From: an uncultured Acidobacteriota bacterium
Lineage (GTDB): Bacteria; Acidobacteriota; JAQAZP01
Length of the DNA stretch: 64,000 nucleotides
Direction of reading: 5' to 3'
Assembly: GCA_963836075.1 (NCBI GenBank)
Contig: CAWIIB010000001.1
Span: 768,001-832,000 of the forward strand
Shown here: positions 23,286 to 34,134 of the stretch, in pieces
Layout: every line of letters begins with the position of its first letter
Numbering within the stretch: position 1 is the first letter of the stretch
Translations under genes and position numbers: made by a program
Notes under the pieces: generated by a model
Database searches by the model: none
Seen by the model: the letters and a program-made list of their open reading frames with translations, nothing else
What the model was told of the DNA's origin: nothing

Positions 23286-24717
23286 CGGGAGTCCCCAGGA
23301 TAATGATCGAGAAATAGAACAGGGCGTACAGGCCGCCGCGGACCATGGCCGGCAACCGGAAAACCACGAACTCGTCGTTGGTGCGATACTGCCAGACCTC
23401 CAGCGCCGTGGTCAGCGGGAAGAGCAGCAGCAACACGGTCTGCTGGCTGGCCAGCAACTCCATGGTGCGGGGAAGATTGACACCGAGGTCCATGGCCGAC
23501 TGTGCGGCCCGGACGATGAAGCCCGGTGTCGGCGCGCGGAAGAGCACCCAGCTGCCGCAGACCAGGACGAACATCAGCAGCACGCCGAACATCCGGAACG
23601 CGGCCCGCGGCAGCGGCCCGGCCGCGGCCAGCCGCGACACCGCCGCACTGCGGGCCATCAGCGCCCGCCAGGCGGTACCGGCCAGTCGGTAGGCCACCAG
23701 CAGCAAGCCATGGTAGAGCCCCCAGAGGACGAAGAGCCAGGAGGCGCCGTGCCACAGCCCGCCCAGCAGCATGGTGACCATCAGGTTGATCCAGGTGCGG
23801 GCCCTGCCCCGCCGGTTTCCCCCCAGCGGGATGTAGAGGTAGTCGCGAAGCCAGCTGGAGAGCGAGATGTGCCAGCGATTCCAGAACTCGCTGGGATCGG
23901 CGGAGAGGTAAGGGATGTCGAAGTTGCGCATCAGACGAAAACCCATCAGCCGGGCCAGCCCGCGGGCGATATCGGAGTAGCCCGAGAAGTCACAATAGAT
24001 CTGGAAGGCAAAGGCGACCACGCCCACCACCAGTTCCCCGCCGGCCGGAGCCTGGTGACCGGCAAAGACCCTGTTGGCCAGCAGTCCCAGGTTGTCGGCG
24101 ATCACCATTTTCTTGAACAGGCCCCAGAGGCAGAGCCAGGCCCCGGCCCTCAGATCTTCAGCATCGGTTGTCCGCGGCCGTTCGATCTGGGGCAGCAGGC
24201 GCCCGGCCCGTTCGATGGGCCCGGCCACCAGCTGGGGAAAGAAGGCGACGTAGAGGGCCAGGTCGGGGAGGCTCCGGCGGGCTTTGATGGTTCCGCGGTA
24301 GACCTCGATGGTGTAACTCATGGTCTGGAAGGTATAGAAGGAAATGCCCACCGGCAGGACGATGTTCAGCGTCACCTCATCCACCCGGAACCCCGCCATG
24401 TGCATCAACTGGGCCAGGGAGGAGGCGAAGAAATTGAAATACTTGAACAGGCCCAGCAGCCCGAGGTTGCTGACCACACTGGCGATCAGCCAGCCCCGGC
24501 GGCGGTTGGCCGAGGAACCGGCCTCGATCATTCTGGCGCTGACATAGTCGACGATGGTGGAGAGCCAGATCAAGCCGAGGAACCGCCAGTCCCACCAGCC
24601 GTAAAAGACGTAGCTGGCCAGCAGGAGCAGTCCGTTCTGCCGGCGGTGCGGCAGGAAATGGTAAAGCGAGAAGACCAGGGCGAAGAAGAGCCAGAAAACA
24701 AGGGTGTTGAAAAGCAA
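23254..24717 (-). CDS. MBOAT family O-acyltransferase (AlgI/DltB-like)
   Basis: PVGISFYTFQ, FPQLVAGPI, DFSGYSD, FWNRWHISLS, GLWHGA, FIYFQF; TTG start after GGGAG. Confidence 0.93.
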   Translation of the reverse strand: MLFNTLVFWLFFALVFSLYHFLPHRRQNGLLLLASYVFYGWWDWRFLGLIWLSTIVDYVSARMIEAGSSANRRRGWLIASVVSNLGLLGLFKYFNFFASSLAQLMHMAGFRVDEVTLNIVLPVGISFYTFQTMSYTIEVYRGTIKARRSLPDLALYVAFFPQLVAGPIERAGRLLPQIERPRTTDAEDLRAGAWLCLWGLFKKMVIADNLGLLANRVFAGHQAPAGGELVVGVVAFAFQIYCDFSGYSDIARGLARLMGFRLMRNFDIPYLSADPSEFWNRWHISLSSWLRDYLYIPLGGNRRGRARTWINLMVTMLLGGLWHGASWLFVLWGLYHGLLLVAYRLAGTAWRALMARSAAVSRLAAAGPLPRAAFRMFGVLLMFVLVCGSWVLFRAPTPGFIVRAAQSAMDLGVNLPRTMELLASQQTVLLLLFPLTTALEVWQYRTNDEFVVFRLPAMVRGGLYALFYFSIIILGTPDAQPFIYFQF

Positions 24718-24751
24718 AGCGTCTCCCGGAAGTGCGCTCGAACCATCCTGA

Positions 24752-26458
24752 TCAGCGGAACTTCTTATGCTCCGCCGTCTGATACTCACGGGTCAAACGG
24801 ACCACCACCTTGCGCAGGGCAACGATGGCAAACAGGTTGGGCAGGGCCATCAGCCCCAGCGCCGCGTCGCCGAAGGCCCAGACCACCTCCAGGGAGAGTA
24901 TCGCCCCGATGAAGTGCACCACCACAAAGACAATCCGGTAGGGCACGATGGCCCGCCGTCCCAGGAGATACTCGATGGACCGGTCGCCGTAGTACGACCA
25001 GGAGATGGCGGTGGAGATGGCGAAGAGGAAGACGCCGAAGGTGACGATGAAGTTGCCGCCGGGAAAGAGGAAGGCCAGCCCCCGCTGGAAACCCCAGGCG
25101 GTGAGCGGCGAGGAGTTGAGCATCGCCCGGCCACGCAGCCGCACGTTCTCCGCCGGCCGGCCCCGGTCGTCGAAGAACTGCGGGCGGTCCTCCGCTTCGG
25201 GCACCAGCAGCGTCCCGGTGAACAGTTCCCCGTGATGGAGCAGTACCGCATCCTCCATCAGCGAGTGGCTCTTGATCAGCGCCAGCCCCTGGGGAACCCC
25301 GTTGACCACCGCTGCACGACCGCTGAACAGGCTTTCCCCGGACAGTTCACCGGTGACCAGGACAGTGCTGCCCTGATGGACAAAGACGATCTCCTCCTCG
25401 GCGGTGAAGCGCAGGGTGACCTCTTTTTTGTCCTTCCACACGCCGGTGGTGACAATCACCAGGCCGGTGATGGTGCAGATCACCAGGGTGTCCACAAAAG
25501 GTTCTATCAGCGCCACCACCCCCTCGCGCACCGGCTCCTTGGTCTTGGCCGCGGCGTGGGCGATGGGGGCGCTGCCCTGACCCGCCTCGTTGGAGAAGAG
25601 CCCCCGCTTGACGCCCCAGACCAGGGTGAACATGAACACCGACCCGGCAAATCCGCCCACCTGGGCCGGAGGATCGAACGCGCCGGAGATGATCTCCCAG
25701 AAGGCGGCCGGGATCTGGTCGTAGCGATTGAGCAGGATCAGCAGCCCCCCGGTGGTGTAGATGGCGGCCATGAAAGGCGCCAGCTTCGAGGTGACCGCAC
25801 CGATCCGGCGGATCCCGCCGAGGATTACGGCGCCCACCAGCACTGCGGAGAAGAGGCCGGTGATCCAGGTGGGGATCAGAAAGTCGGCCTTCATCGAGTC
25901 GGCCATGGTGAAGGCCTGGATGGCGTTTCCCGTGCCAAAGGAACAGATCACGGCCAGGATGGCGAAGCAGATGGCCAGCCAGCGCCAGCCGGGGCCCAGG
26001 CCTTTTTCGATGTAGTACATCGGGCCGCCGGAGGCGGAGCCGTCGGGATTGATGTTGCGGTAGTGGTGGGCCAGGGTGCATTCCACATACTTGAGGGTCA
26101 TGCCGAAGAAGGCGGTGAGCCACATCCAGAACAGGGACCCCGGACCGCCGTAATGGATGGCGATGGCCACCCCGGCAATATTGCCGATGCCCACCGTGGC
26201 CGAGAGCGCCGCGGACAGGGCCTGGAAATGGCTGATATCGCCCTCGTCGTCCGGGTCGTCGTAATCGCCGCGGATGACCCGCAGAGCGTGGCGGAACTGT
26301 CTCAGCTGTATGAAGGAGAGCCGCAGGGTGTAAAAGACACCGGTGCCCAGCAGGGCGATGACCAGGATCGGCATCGCCGCAGGGAAACCCCAGATGGTGT
26401 CACGGGCGAAAAAGACGGCGCTGCGCAGCAGGTCGAGCAGAAAGTGGACGGCCTCCAT
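24752..26458 (-). CDS. Sodium:alanine/glycine symporter (AGCS family)
   Basis: ATVGIGNIAGVA, GGPG, GGPMYYI, FSNEAGQGS, DTLVICT, WSYYG. Confidence 0.93.
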   Translation of the reverse strand: MEAVHFLLDLLRSAVFFARDTIWGFPAAMPILVIALLGTGVFYTLRLSFIQLRQFRHALRVIRGDYDDPDDEGDISHFQALSAALSATVGIGNIAGVAIAIHYGGPGSLFWMWLTAFFGMTLKYVECTLAHHYRNINPDGSASGGPMYYIEKGLGPGWRWLAICFAILAVICSFGTGNAIQAFTMADSMKADFLIPTWITGLFSAVLVGAVILGGIRRIGAVTSKLAPFMAAIYTTGGLLILLNRYDQIPAAFWEIISGAFDPPAQVGGFAGSVFMFTLVWGVKRGLFSNEAGQGSAPIAHAAAKTKEPVREGVVALIEPFVDTLVICTITGLVIVTTGVWKDKKEVTLRFTAEEEIVFVHQGSTVLVTGELSGESLFSGRAAVVNGVPQGLALIKSHSLMEDAVLLHHGELFTGTLLVPEAEDRPQFFDDRGRPAENVRLRGRAMLNSSPLTAWGFQRGLAFLFPGGNFIVTFGVFLFAISTAISWSYYGDRSIEYLLGRRAIVPYRIVFVVVHFIGAILSLEVVWAFGDAALGLMALPNLFAIVALRKVVVRLTREYQTAEHKKFR

Positions 26459-26600
26459 GGGTGAACCTCCGGAAAAGAACTGTGTCGGCAGAGGCGATAC
26501 GTGGGAGAAATTCTAGCCGGGTGCCGACAGGGTGTCAACGAACCGGCCGGGGACCCTGCCTTTCGCCGGCGCAACGGTTGGCGACAATTCCAACAATAGC

Positions 26601-26782
26601 TGTGGAAAACCTTGTGGAAAAATGAGCCGCAGGTTCTGCAAGTCAAAGCGGGACAAGGACTTTGCTTGAAATGACCGAAATGTGTAATTGCGCATTTCAC
26701 TGAAAACATTAGGGTTACGAGCAGGATTATTCCTCCGTGCCTCAGTCATCCCCGATTCTGGTCCCAACCCACTTTTTCCACA
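26601..26782. promoter_or_regulatory. Cluster of three DnaA-box-like 9-mers
   Basis: TGTGGAAAA at 26601 and 26613 and TTTTCCACA at 26774, each one mismatch from TTATCCACA, in a 600-bp AT-richer intergenic region. Confidence 0.5.
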
Positions 26783-26925
26783 CGCCCAAGAGCAATAAAA
26801 ACCGCCATTTAGTCAAAAACAGCTCACTAATTTTGCCTGCCCGGCGTGTATCCTGCACACCTGTCATGGCGGAATTGGTGGGCAGACCGGTAGTGGCTGG
26901 TCGCGCAGTCCACAGAGGCCCGTTC

Positions 26926-26953
26926 TTGACTATCCCGTATATTTTCCTATATT
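26926..26953 (+). promoter_or_regulatory. Sigma70-type promoter
   Basis: TTGACT-N16-TATATT upstream of 27063. Confidence 0.5.
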
Positions 26954-27062
26954 TAACAGTACAAGGCCGTGGTCATTCCTTTATCCGGATTTTCAATACC
27001 TACTAAAATCAGGATTATCAGGAGACCCGCGGGGTATTCTTCAGGTCTAAAGGAGGCACAGA

Positions 27063-28856
27063 ATGTCACGACGAATCTTCAACGCACTCATAATGGTCAG
27101 CCTGCTCGCACTCATCGCTACGGCGGCCTCGGCGGAGTATCCGATCGACGTACCAGGAGTGTATCACCACCGGGATACTCCCGGTCTGGATCGCAGTGTC
27201 TGCGTGCTCGAACGGGTTGACGGCGGTTTTGACCAGCGGGTCCTTTCTTCCGGCGGACCGCCGGCACCGGGCACCCGGGTGGCCGGAGAGATGTGGCGCG
27301 TGGAGGACTGGGACGGCGCGTACGGCGCCATCGCCGAGGACGTGCAGATCTCCGGCAACGGCCAGCGGATTCTCACCGCCTGGAACCTGAACTACGAACG
27401 GTTCAGCCTCTTCCCCATCGACAACGACACACCGCTCTGGGAGTACGCCCTGGCCGATGGCTCCACCCAGGTGGGCGGCTACGTCAGGGCGGCCATCGCC
27501 GATGACGGGATGAGCATGGTGGGCGGCGCCAGCCGCATGGACACCATCCCGGCCAGCGGCGAATACTCGCGGGTCTTCCGTTTCAGCACCAGCGCGACCC
27601 CCGACTGGACCTTCGACCTGCCCACCGACCCGGAGATCTGGCACCTGCAGGACGTGGCCCTTTCCGGCGACGGGAGCACGGTCGGGGTGCTGGCCATCGA
27701 TAACAGCGCCACCACCGGCCGGGTCTACGTTCTCGACGGCATTTCAGGCACCGAACTCCACCAGTGGGACTTCGACTACACGGTTTCCAGTTCGCTGTAC
27801 AACATCGATTTCAGCGGCGACGCCTCCCGGCTGGTGGTGGGCTGCCGCAAACTGATCCATGTCTATGACATCCCCGGCGGGCTGCTCCAGACCATCACCC
27901 TGGCCTACGACTGCCAGTGCCCGGCCCGGATCACGCCCGATGCCGGCTACATCGCCGTGGGCAATCTCCGCGGCCGGCTCACCGTCTACACCCTCGCCAC
28001 AGCGGACGGCACACCGGACCTCTACACGGAATACTGGACCTATACCATCCCGCCCGACTACTACTACCCCTGGATCCAGACCGTGGCGGTGGCCGCCGAC
28101 AGCAGCCGGGTGCTGGTGGGCTCGTACCAGCCGAACGCGACCAGCAGCCATGGCTACCTCTACTTCTTCGACATGGACGGAACCGAACCGCAGTGGTCTT
28201 CCGAGGACTCGGGCGGACTGGTGGAGGAGGTGGCCTGCAGCGCCAACGGCACGGTGGCCTGCGCCGGCTCGTGGGGCGATCTCGACGGGGCCATGGGCTG
28301 GTGCTGTCTGATCGCCACGGACAATGGCGCACGGTACACCCTGACCAGCATGGACTACGGCGGATCGCTCTTCTCTGCCGACATCGATGACGCCGGGTAT
28401 TTCGCCACCGGCGGGAGCAAGCGGGTCCACGCCTACGAGTTCGGCAGCGGCGGCCACACCTTTGCCATGTTCTCAGGGATCAAGGTGGAGACCTTCCTCC
28501 TCGACATCGAGTTGACGCCGAGCACCGGCACTCTGCCCTTCTTCGGCACCACCACCCTCACCCTGACCAACCTGACCAACGGGCCGCGCACCTCCGCGGG
28601 CCGCGTGGACGTCATCGTGGCCAGCGGGGCCAGACTGAACAATGTCCGTGGGGGGTACGCCAACGTCCCTGCCGGAGATGTAGTACAGTTCTCCTACCCA
28701 CAGAAATTCCTCGAACGGCAGTACCTGGTGGGCGAAAACACCTTCATCCTCACCGGACAGGATGTGACCAACGCCCCGTACAACCAGCCGCCGTACTATC
28801 CGGCGGGCGACAAGGATATGGACAGCTTCGTGGTCACCTGCACCTGGCAGCCGTGA
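27063..28856 (+). CDS. Secreted WD40/PQQ-like beta-propeller protein with the shared PYNQPP C-terminal domain
   Basis: AGGAGG RBS; signal peptide ending ATAASA; repeated V.IS.DG...W blades. Confidence 0.8.
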   Translation: MSRRIFNALIMVSLLALIATAASAEYPIDVPGVYHHRDTPGLDRSVCVLERVDGGFDQRVLSSGGPPAPGTRVAGEMWRVEDWDGAYGAIAEDVQISGNGQRILTAWNLNYERFSLFPIDNDTPLWEYALADGSTQVGGYVRAAIADDGMSMVGGASRMDTIPASGEYSRVFRFSTSATPDWTFDLPTDPEIWHLQDVALSGDGSTVGVLAIDNSATTGRVYVLDGISGTELHQWDFDYTVSSSLYNIDFSGDASRLVVGCRKLIHVYDIPGGLLQTITLAYDCQCPARITPDAGYIAVGNLRGRLTVYTLATADGTPDLYTEYWTYTIPPDYYYPWIQTVAVAADSSRVLVGSYQPNATSSHGYLYFFDMDGTEPQWSSEDSGGLVEEVACSANGTVACAGSWGDLDGAMGWCCLIATDNGARYTLTSMDYGGSLFSADIDDAGYFATGGSKRVHAYEFGSGGHTFAMFSGIKVETFLLDIELTPSTGTLPFFGTTTLTLTNLTNGPRTSAGRVDVIVASGARLNNVRGGYANVPAGDVVQFSYPQKFLERQYLVGENTFILTGQDVTNAPYNQPPYYPAGDKDMDSFVVTCTWQP

Positions 28857-28896
28857 TCAGCAGGCTTTGAAGAACGGGAAGAGCCCTGGACGGCGA

Positions 28897-29448
28897 TCAG
28901 CGCCGTTTCCAGGGCCTTTCCTCTGCACCCTCGCGGAGGTTGGCCAGCCGGGCGAGGGTGAACAGGGCGTCGGAGAGCCGGTTGACATAGGCCAGCGGGA
29001 GCGGGCCGGGCACTTCGTGGCCCAGTTCCACCAGCAGGGTGAGCCGGCGTTCCGCACGGCGGCACACGGTCCGGGCGTGGTGCAGCGTGGCGGCCGATGG
29101 TGAACCGCCGGGAAGGATGAAGCCGGTGAGCGGCGCCAGTTCCTCGTCGGCGGAGTCGATCACCCGTTCCAGGTCCTCCACCATCTCCGCCGTAATCCGC
29201 GGCCGTTCGTCGCCGCCCCTGCCGCCGGGGTCGGCCAGTTCGGCCCCCAGCACCAGCAGGCGCCCCTGGATCGTCTCCAGCAGGTCGGCCAGCTGCCGGT
29301 CACGGCAGTGGGCGGCTGCCAGCCCCACCACCGTGTTCAACTCGTCGACGGTTCCATAGGCATCGGGACGCGGGTCATGCTTTTTCACCCGCCGGCCGTC
29401 AAAGAGGGAGGTCTCGCCCGCATCACCCGTTCTGGTATAGATTTTCAT
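28897..29448 (-). CDS. Cob(I)alamin adenosyltransferase, PduO type
   Basis: KIYTRTGDAGET, AYGTVDELN, FILPGG, RTVCRRAER, NRLSD. Confidence 0.93.
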   Translation of the reverse strand: MKIYTRTGDAGETSLFDGRRVKKHDPRPDAYGTVDELNTVVGLAAAHCRDRQLADLLETIQGRLLVLGAELADPGGRGGDERPRITAEMVEDLERVIDSADEELAPLTGFILPGGSPSAATLHHARTVCRRAERRLTLLVELGHEVPGPLPLAYVNRLSDALFTLARLANLREGAEERPWKRR

Positions 29449-29452
29449 CGAT

Positions 29453-29776
29453 TCAGGCCACGGTACGGCGGAGGATCACCTTCTGGCGGTGCAACTGGCG
29501 CCGCACCTTTCTCAAGGCGTCGCCGTCCTTCGACTCCAGGGCCTTTGCCCGCTGGGCCTTGAGTTCCTTGATCGTTTTCTTGATCGCGCCCTTGCCCTTC
29601 TGTTTCTTTTTTCCCGGCTTCGGTTTTACCTCGTCCCGGGCAATGCCCAGCTTCTCGCACAGTGCATCCAGCAGCTGGTCCTTCTTCATACCCGACACCC
29701 CGGTGAGCTCGGAATGTTCCGCAGCCATCTCCCTCAACTGCAAAACCGTCTTCTTCTTCAGTTCAGCAAATTCCAT
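29453..29776 (-). CDS. Small basic protein with a Rho N-terminal-like domain
   Basis: ELKKKTVLQLREMA...GVSGMKKDQL followed by Lys/Arg-rich helices. Confidence 0.7.
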   Translation of the reverse strand: MEFAELKKKTVLQLREMAAEHSELTGVSGMKKDQLLDALCEKLGIARDEVKPKPGKKKQKGKGAIKKTIKELKAQRAKALESKDGDALRKVRRQLHRQKVILRRTVA

Positions 29777-29979
29777 GGTTCACGTTCCTTTGTCTGCACC
29801 CGCGGCCCAGGTTGGCCGCCGGCTGGTGATCTGGTAGGAAGAAAAAATAGCAAACGTGAAAGTTGCTGTCAATTCTCCGACCCGGAACAAAAGATTCCCC
29901 GCGGATGTACCGATCAGGGGGACAGGAAGTTGTGTCAAGTGAACAGGCTGCCAGAGGCTCGCCCGCACCAATAGAGAGG

Positions 29980-32900
29980 ATGCGCACGGTGACAAAGGTC
30001 CGTTTCCAGCTGCTGTCCGTGCTCCTCGTGGTCCTTTTCTCCTGGCCGGCCGCGGCAGATGCCGATGCCCCCGCCCCCACCCAGCGGTTCCATCGCCTCT
30101 CCATAGCAGACGGCCTGTCGCAAAGTTCGGTGCGCTGCATCCTCCAGGATCGGCGCGGGTTCATCTGGCTGGGTACTGAGGACGGGCTCAACCGGTATGA
30201 CGGACGACGGTTCAAGACCTATGGCCAGAAGCCTGACGGCAGCGGCGAGCTGCGCAGCGGCATCATCTGGGCCCTGCACGAGGATCGTGCCGGCACGATC
30301 TGGGTGGGGACCGACGGCGGAGGGCTGGAGCGCTACGACCGGGACCATGACCGCTTCACCAACCTGGCCCACCACCCCGGGCAACCGAACAGCCTGAGCC
30401 ACAACGCGGTACGGGCCATCGCCGAGGAGGCCTCTGGAATACTCTGGATCGGGACCGCGGGCGGGGGCTTGAACCGCCTCGATCCCGTAACCGGCATATT
30501 CACCCCCTTCCGCCACCTCGACGGCCAGACCAACAGCCTGGGCTGCGACGTGGTACGCGGGCTGCACTTCGACAGCGAGGGGCTGCTCTGGATCGCCACC
30601 TTTGGCGGCGGTCTGGATCGCCTCGACCCGCGTACCGGCCGGTTCACCCATTTCCGGCATGACCCGCAAAACCCCCGGTCGCTGGCCAGCGATTATCTCC
30701 GCACCGTGTTCGTCGACCGGACCGGGGCCGTCTGGGTGGGCACCGCGGAAGACGGACTGGACCGTCTGTTCATCGGAAAAGAGTTTTTCGAACACCACCG
30801 GACCAGCGAGGATTCCTCCTCGATCAGCAACAATGCCATCTGGTGCATCGCCGAAGACCACCTGGGCACCCTCTGGGTGGGCACCAACGATGGTCTCTGT
30901 GAACTGGTCAGCACCGGGCCTCCCGGCCAGGACCACAGGGACTTGTTCGTCCGGCACCGGCCGGACCACAACGACCCCTACAGCCTGAGCCAGGGCCGCA
31001 TCCGTTGCGTTGCCGAGGACCGCAGCGACGTGCTCTGGGTCGGCACCTACAACGGCGGTCTCAACCTCACCGAACGGCGGGAAGGGACCTTCCACCACCT
31101 GCGGCACCACCCGACCGTGAGCGGAGCGCTCAGCGACAACGAGGTACGGGCCTTCTGCGAGGCGGACAACGGGAACATCTGGGTCGGCACCTATGGCGGC
31201 GGCCTGGACCTCTTTAACCGCCACACGATGAGTTTCAGTAATCTCGGCCAACAGACCGGCCTGGCCGAGCTGGGCGAGACCGCCGTGATGGCCCTGGCCC
31301 GGGAGTCGTCGGGCATCCTCTGGATCGGCACTGAAAAGGATGGGCTGATCCGTCTGGATCCGGGCAGCAACACTCTGACCAGGCACCTGCTGCCCACCGG
31401 CGCCGCGGGGGACCAGGGCCGGGACCTGGTGCGCACCCTGCTGGTGGACCGCGACGGAAGGCTCTGGGCCGGCACCTACGGCGGCGGCATCTTCCATTTC
31501 GACGTTGGCCTGAAGAGTTTTCAGCGTTACCATCACGACCCGGACGATCCCCGCAGCCTGAGCAACAATGAAATCTGGGCCCTGTACCAGGACGCATCCG
31601 GCACCATCTGGGCCGGCACCAATGGCGGTCTGAACCGGTTCCACCGGGCCACCGGTGATTTCACCAGGTACCGGCAGCAGGCCGGCAACCTGTGGAGCCT
31701 CGGATCGGACCGGGTGCGGTCGATCCACGAGGATGCCACGGGAACGCTCTGGGTGGGGACCTATGGCGGAGGCCTTAACCGTTTCGATCCCCTGACCAGC
31801 ACCTTCACCCGGTTCGATGCGGAAAAAGGATTGCCGGGCAATGTGGTCTTCGGAATCACCGAGGACCGGCTGGGCCGTCTCTGGCTGAGCACCAACCAGG
31901 GTCTGACCCGGTTCGACCCGGTCACGGAAGCTCTCCGTACCTATCACCACATCGACGGTCTGCAAAGCGACGAGTTCAACGCCGGGGCCAGCCTGCGGGC
32001 GTCCAACGGGGAAATGTACTTCGGCGGCATTGCGGGCTTCAATCTCTTTCTCCCCGAGCAGATCGAGGACAACCCGCACCCGCCGCCGGTGGCCTTCACC
32101 GATTTCCGGGTCTTCAACCGTTCGGTGGATCCCGGCCCGAACACCGCAGGGCGCACTATTCTCGATCGTCAGATCACCGAGGCAAAATCGATCACCCTGA
32201 CCCACCGGGACTACGTCTTCTCCTTCGAGTTCGCCGCGCTGCATTTCGCTGCCCCGGAGATGAACCAGTACGCCTATCGCATGGACGGGTTCGAGGAGCA
32301 GTGGAACCGGGTGGGGGGCCGCGGCTATGCCACGTACACCAACCTGCCGCCCGGGCGCTACACCTTCCGGGTGATCGCCTCCAACAAGGACGGCCTGTGG
32401 AACCGTGACGGTGCATCCTTGGGGATCACCGTGCTGCCGCCTTTCTGGAGCACCGGCTGGTTCCGGCTGCTGGTGCTGGCCGCCCTGGTCCTCGGTGTCC
32501 TCTCGGTGCACACCCTGCGAACCCACGGCATCCGCACCCGCAACCGGGCGCTGGAGGAGATCAACACCGAGCTCAACCGGCAGATTGCCGAACGGGTCCT
32601 TGCCGAAAAGGCGCGTCACGAAAGCGAACAGCGATACCGGATCCTGTTCGAAGACTCGCCGCTGGGCGTCTTCCACTTCGATCAGCAGGGCGTGCTCCTC
32701 GACTGCAACAAGAAATTTGTCGAGATCGTCGGCCGCAGCCGCAGGCAACTGATCGGTCAGACGCTGCTGGAGGTGGCCCGGGACCGCAGGATCCGCGCCG
32801 CCATCGACGACGCCCTCCATTTTGACCGCATCGGATTCTATGAGGGAGCGATCCAGTCCGCCGGTTCGGGACGCACCACCCAGGTACGGGCGATGTTCAA

Positions 32901-34134
32901 GAAGATCACTCTACAAACAGGCGATTTTCTCGGGGCCATGGGGGTGGTGGAGGACATCACCGAAGGCAAGCGCCTGGAGTCGCAACTCCGCCAGTCGCAG
33001 AAGATGGAGGCGGTGGGCCGTCTGGCCGGAGGCGTGGCCCACGACTTCAACAATCTGCTCACCGTGATCCTCGGCTATTCGGAGCTGTTGCTGTCCAGTC
33101 TGGGCACCGGCGACCCGGCACACCGGCAGGTGGCCCTCATCGACTCCGCCGGCCGCCGGGCCGCCTCGTTGACCAGCCAGCTGCTGGCCTTCAGCCGGCG
33201 ACAGATTCTCAAGCCCAAGGTGCTGCAGCTGAACAGCCTGATCAGCGACATGGAAAAGATGCTGCGGCCGCTGCTGGGTGAATCGGTCCAGCTGGTGACC
33301 AGGTTCCACTCCGGTCTCTGGACCATGGAGGCCGACCCGGGCCAGATCGAGCAGGTGGTGATGAACCTGATCATCAACGCCCGGGATGCCATGCCGGAAG
33401 GCGGCGTGCTGGACATCAGCACCGAAAACATCACCTTCGACGAACCGGACCTCCACGGCCAGTTCGCCATCGGCCCCGGCGATCATGTGGTGCTCCAGGT
33501 GGCCGACAGCGGCACCGGCATGGACCGCACCACCCGCCGGCAGATCTTCGAACCTTTTTTCACCACCAAGGAAAAGGGCAAGGGAACCGGCCTGGGCCTG
33601 GCCACGGTCTACGGGATCGTCAAACAGAGCGGCGGATTTATCCTGGTGGACAGCGAACCGGGTGCAGGGACCTCGTTCCGCATGTATTTCCCGCGTACCG
33701 CAAAACAGGGTGACCACGAGGATCAGGCGGCAACCGGTCCGGACGAAGAGCAGGGCACGGAAACGATCCTGCTGGTGGAAGACGAGGAGGCGGTGCGGCG
33801 GCTGCTGGTGGAGACCCTGGAGAACCACGGCTACCGCATCGTGGAGGCCGAGCACGGGGAAGCCGCGCTGGCGGCGGCGGAGCGCATGTCGGGCCCCCTG
33901 CACCTGATCCTCACCGATGTGGTCATGCCCGGGATCAGCGGCCCGGAACTGGTGGAACGGTTGCAGCCGCGCTTCCCGGGAACGGCGGTGCTCTTCATGT
34001 CGGGCTACACCGACGACGTGATCGTGCACCACGGAATCCTGGACGAAGGGGTGGACCTGCTGAACAAGCCGCTCACCGTGCAGGAACTGCTCCGCGGCGT
34101 CCGCCGCGCGCTGGGCGAACGGGCCGTGGTCTAG
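29980..34134 (+). CDS. Hybrid sensor kinase (periplasmic Reg_prop propellers, Y_Y_Y, TM, PAS, HisKA, HATPase, REC)
   Basis: Many D..G.lW.GT..GGL repeats; [11 protein letters not shown]; AHDFNNLL; GTGLGL; LTDVVMP. Confidence 0.93.
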   Translation: MRTVTKVRFQLLSVLLVVLFSWPAAADADAPAPTQRFHRLSIADGLSQSSVRCILQDRRGFIWLGTEDGLNRYDGRRFKTYGQKPDGSGELRSGIIWALHEDRAGTIWVGTDGGGLERYDRDHDRFTNLAHHPGQPNSLSHNAVRAIAEEASGILWIGTAGGGLNRLDPVTGIFTPFRHLDGQTNSLGCDVVRGLHFDSEGLLWIATFGGGLDRLDPRTGRFTHFRHDPQNPRSLASDYLRTVFVDRTGAVWVGTAEDGLDRLFIGKEFFEHHRTSEDSSSISNNAIWCIAEDHLGTLWVGTNDGLCELVSTGPPGQDHRDLFVRHRPDHNDPYSLSQGRIRCVAEDRSDVLWVGTYNGGLNLTERREGTFHHLRHHPTVSGALSDNEVRAFCEADNGNIWVGTYGGGLDLFNRHTMSFSNLGQQTGLAELGETAVMALARESSGILWIGTEKDGLIRLDPGSNTLTRHLLPTGAAGDQGRDLVRTLLVDRDGRLWAGTYGGGIFHFDVGLKSFQRYHHDPDDPRSLSNNEIWALYQDASGTIWAGTNGGLNRFHRATGDFTRYRQQAGNLWSLGSDRVRSIHEDATGTLWVGTYGGGLNRFDPLTSTFTRFDAEKGLPGNVVFGITEDRLGRLWLSTNQGLTRFDPVTEALRTYHHIDGLQSDEFNAGASLRASNGEMYFGGIAGFNLFLPEQIEDNPHPPPVAFTDFRVFNRSVDPGPNTAGRTILDRQITEAKSITLTHRDYVFSFEFAALHFAAPEMNQYAYRMDGFEEQWNRVGGRGYATYTNLPPGRYTFRVIASNKDGLWNRDGASLGITVLPPFWSTGWFRLLVLAALVLGVLSVHTLRTHGIRTRNRALEEINTELNRQIAERVLAEKARHESEQRYRILFEDSPLGVFHFDQQGVLLDCNKKFVEIVGRSRRQLIGQTLLEVARDRRIRAAIDDALHFDRIGFYEGAIQSAGSGRTTQVRAMFKKITLQTGDFLGAMGVVEDITEGKRLESQLRQSQKMEAVGRLAGGVAHDFNNLLTVILGYSELLLSSLGTGDPAHRQVALIDSAGRRAASLTSQLLAFSRRQILKPKVLQLNSLISDMEKMLRPLLGESVQLVTRFHSGLWTMEADPGQIEQVVMNLIINARDAMPEGGVLDISTENITFDEPDLHGQFAIGPGDHVVLQVADSGTGMDRTTRRQIFEPFFTTKEKGKGTGLGLATVYGIVKQSGGFILVDSEPGAGTSFRMYFPRTAKQGDHEDQAATGPDEEQGTETILLVEDEEAVRRLLVETLENHGYRIVEAEHGEAALAAAERMSGPLHLILTDVVMPGISGPELVERLQPRFPGTAVLFMSGYTDDVIVHHGILDEGVDLLNKPLTVQELLRGVRRALGERAVV

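Noticed and set aside
26460-27060. Replication origin
   Set aside because: Only three boxes, no clear unwinding element, and no dnaA/dnaN/gidA-type neighbours.
30100-32050. Repetitive DNA in the large kinase and SBBP genes as repeat elements
   Set aside because: Explained by protein beta-propeller repeats.
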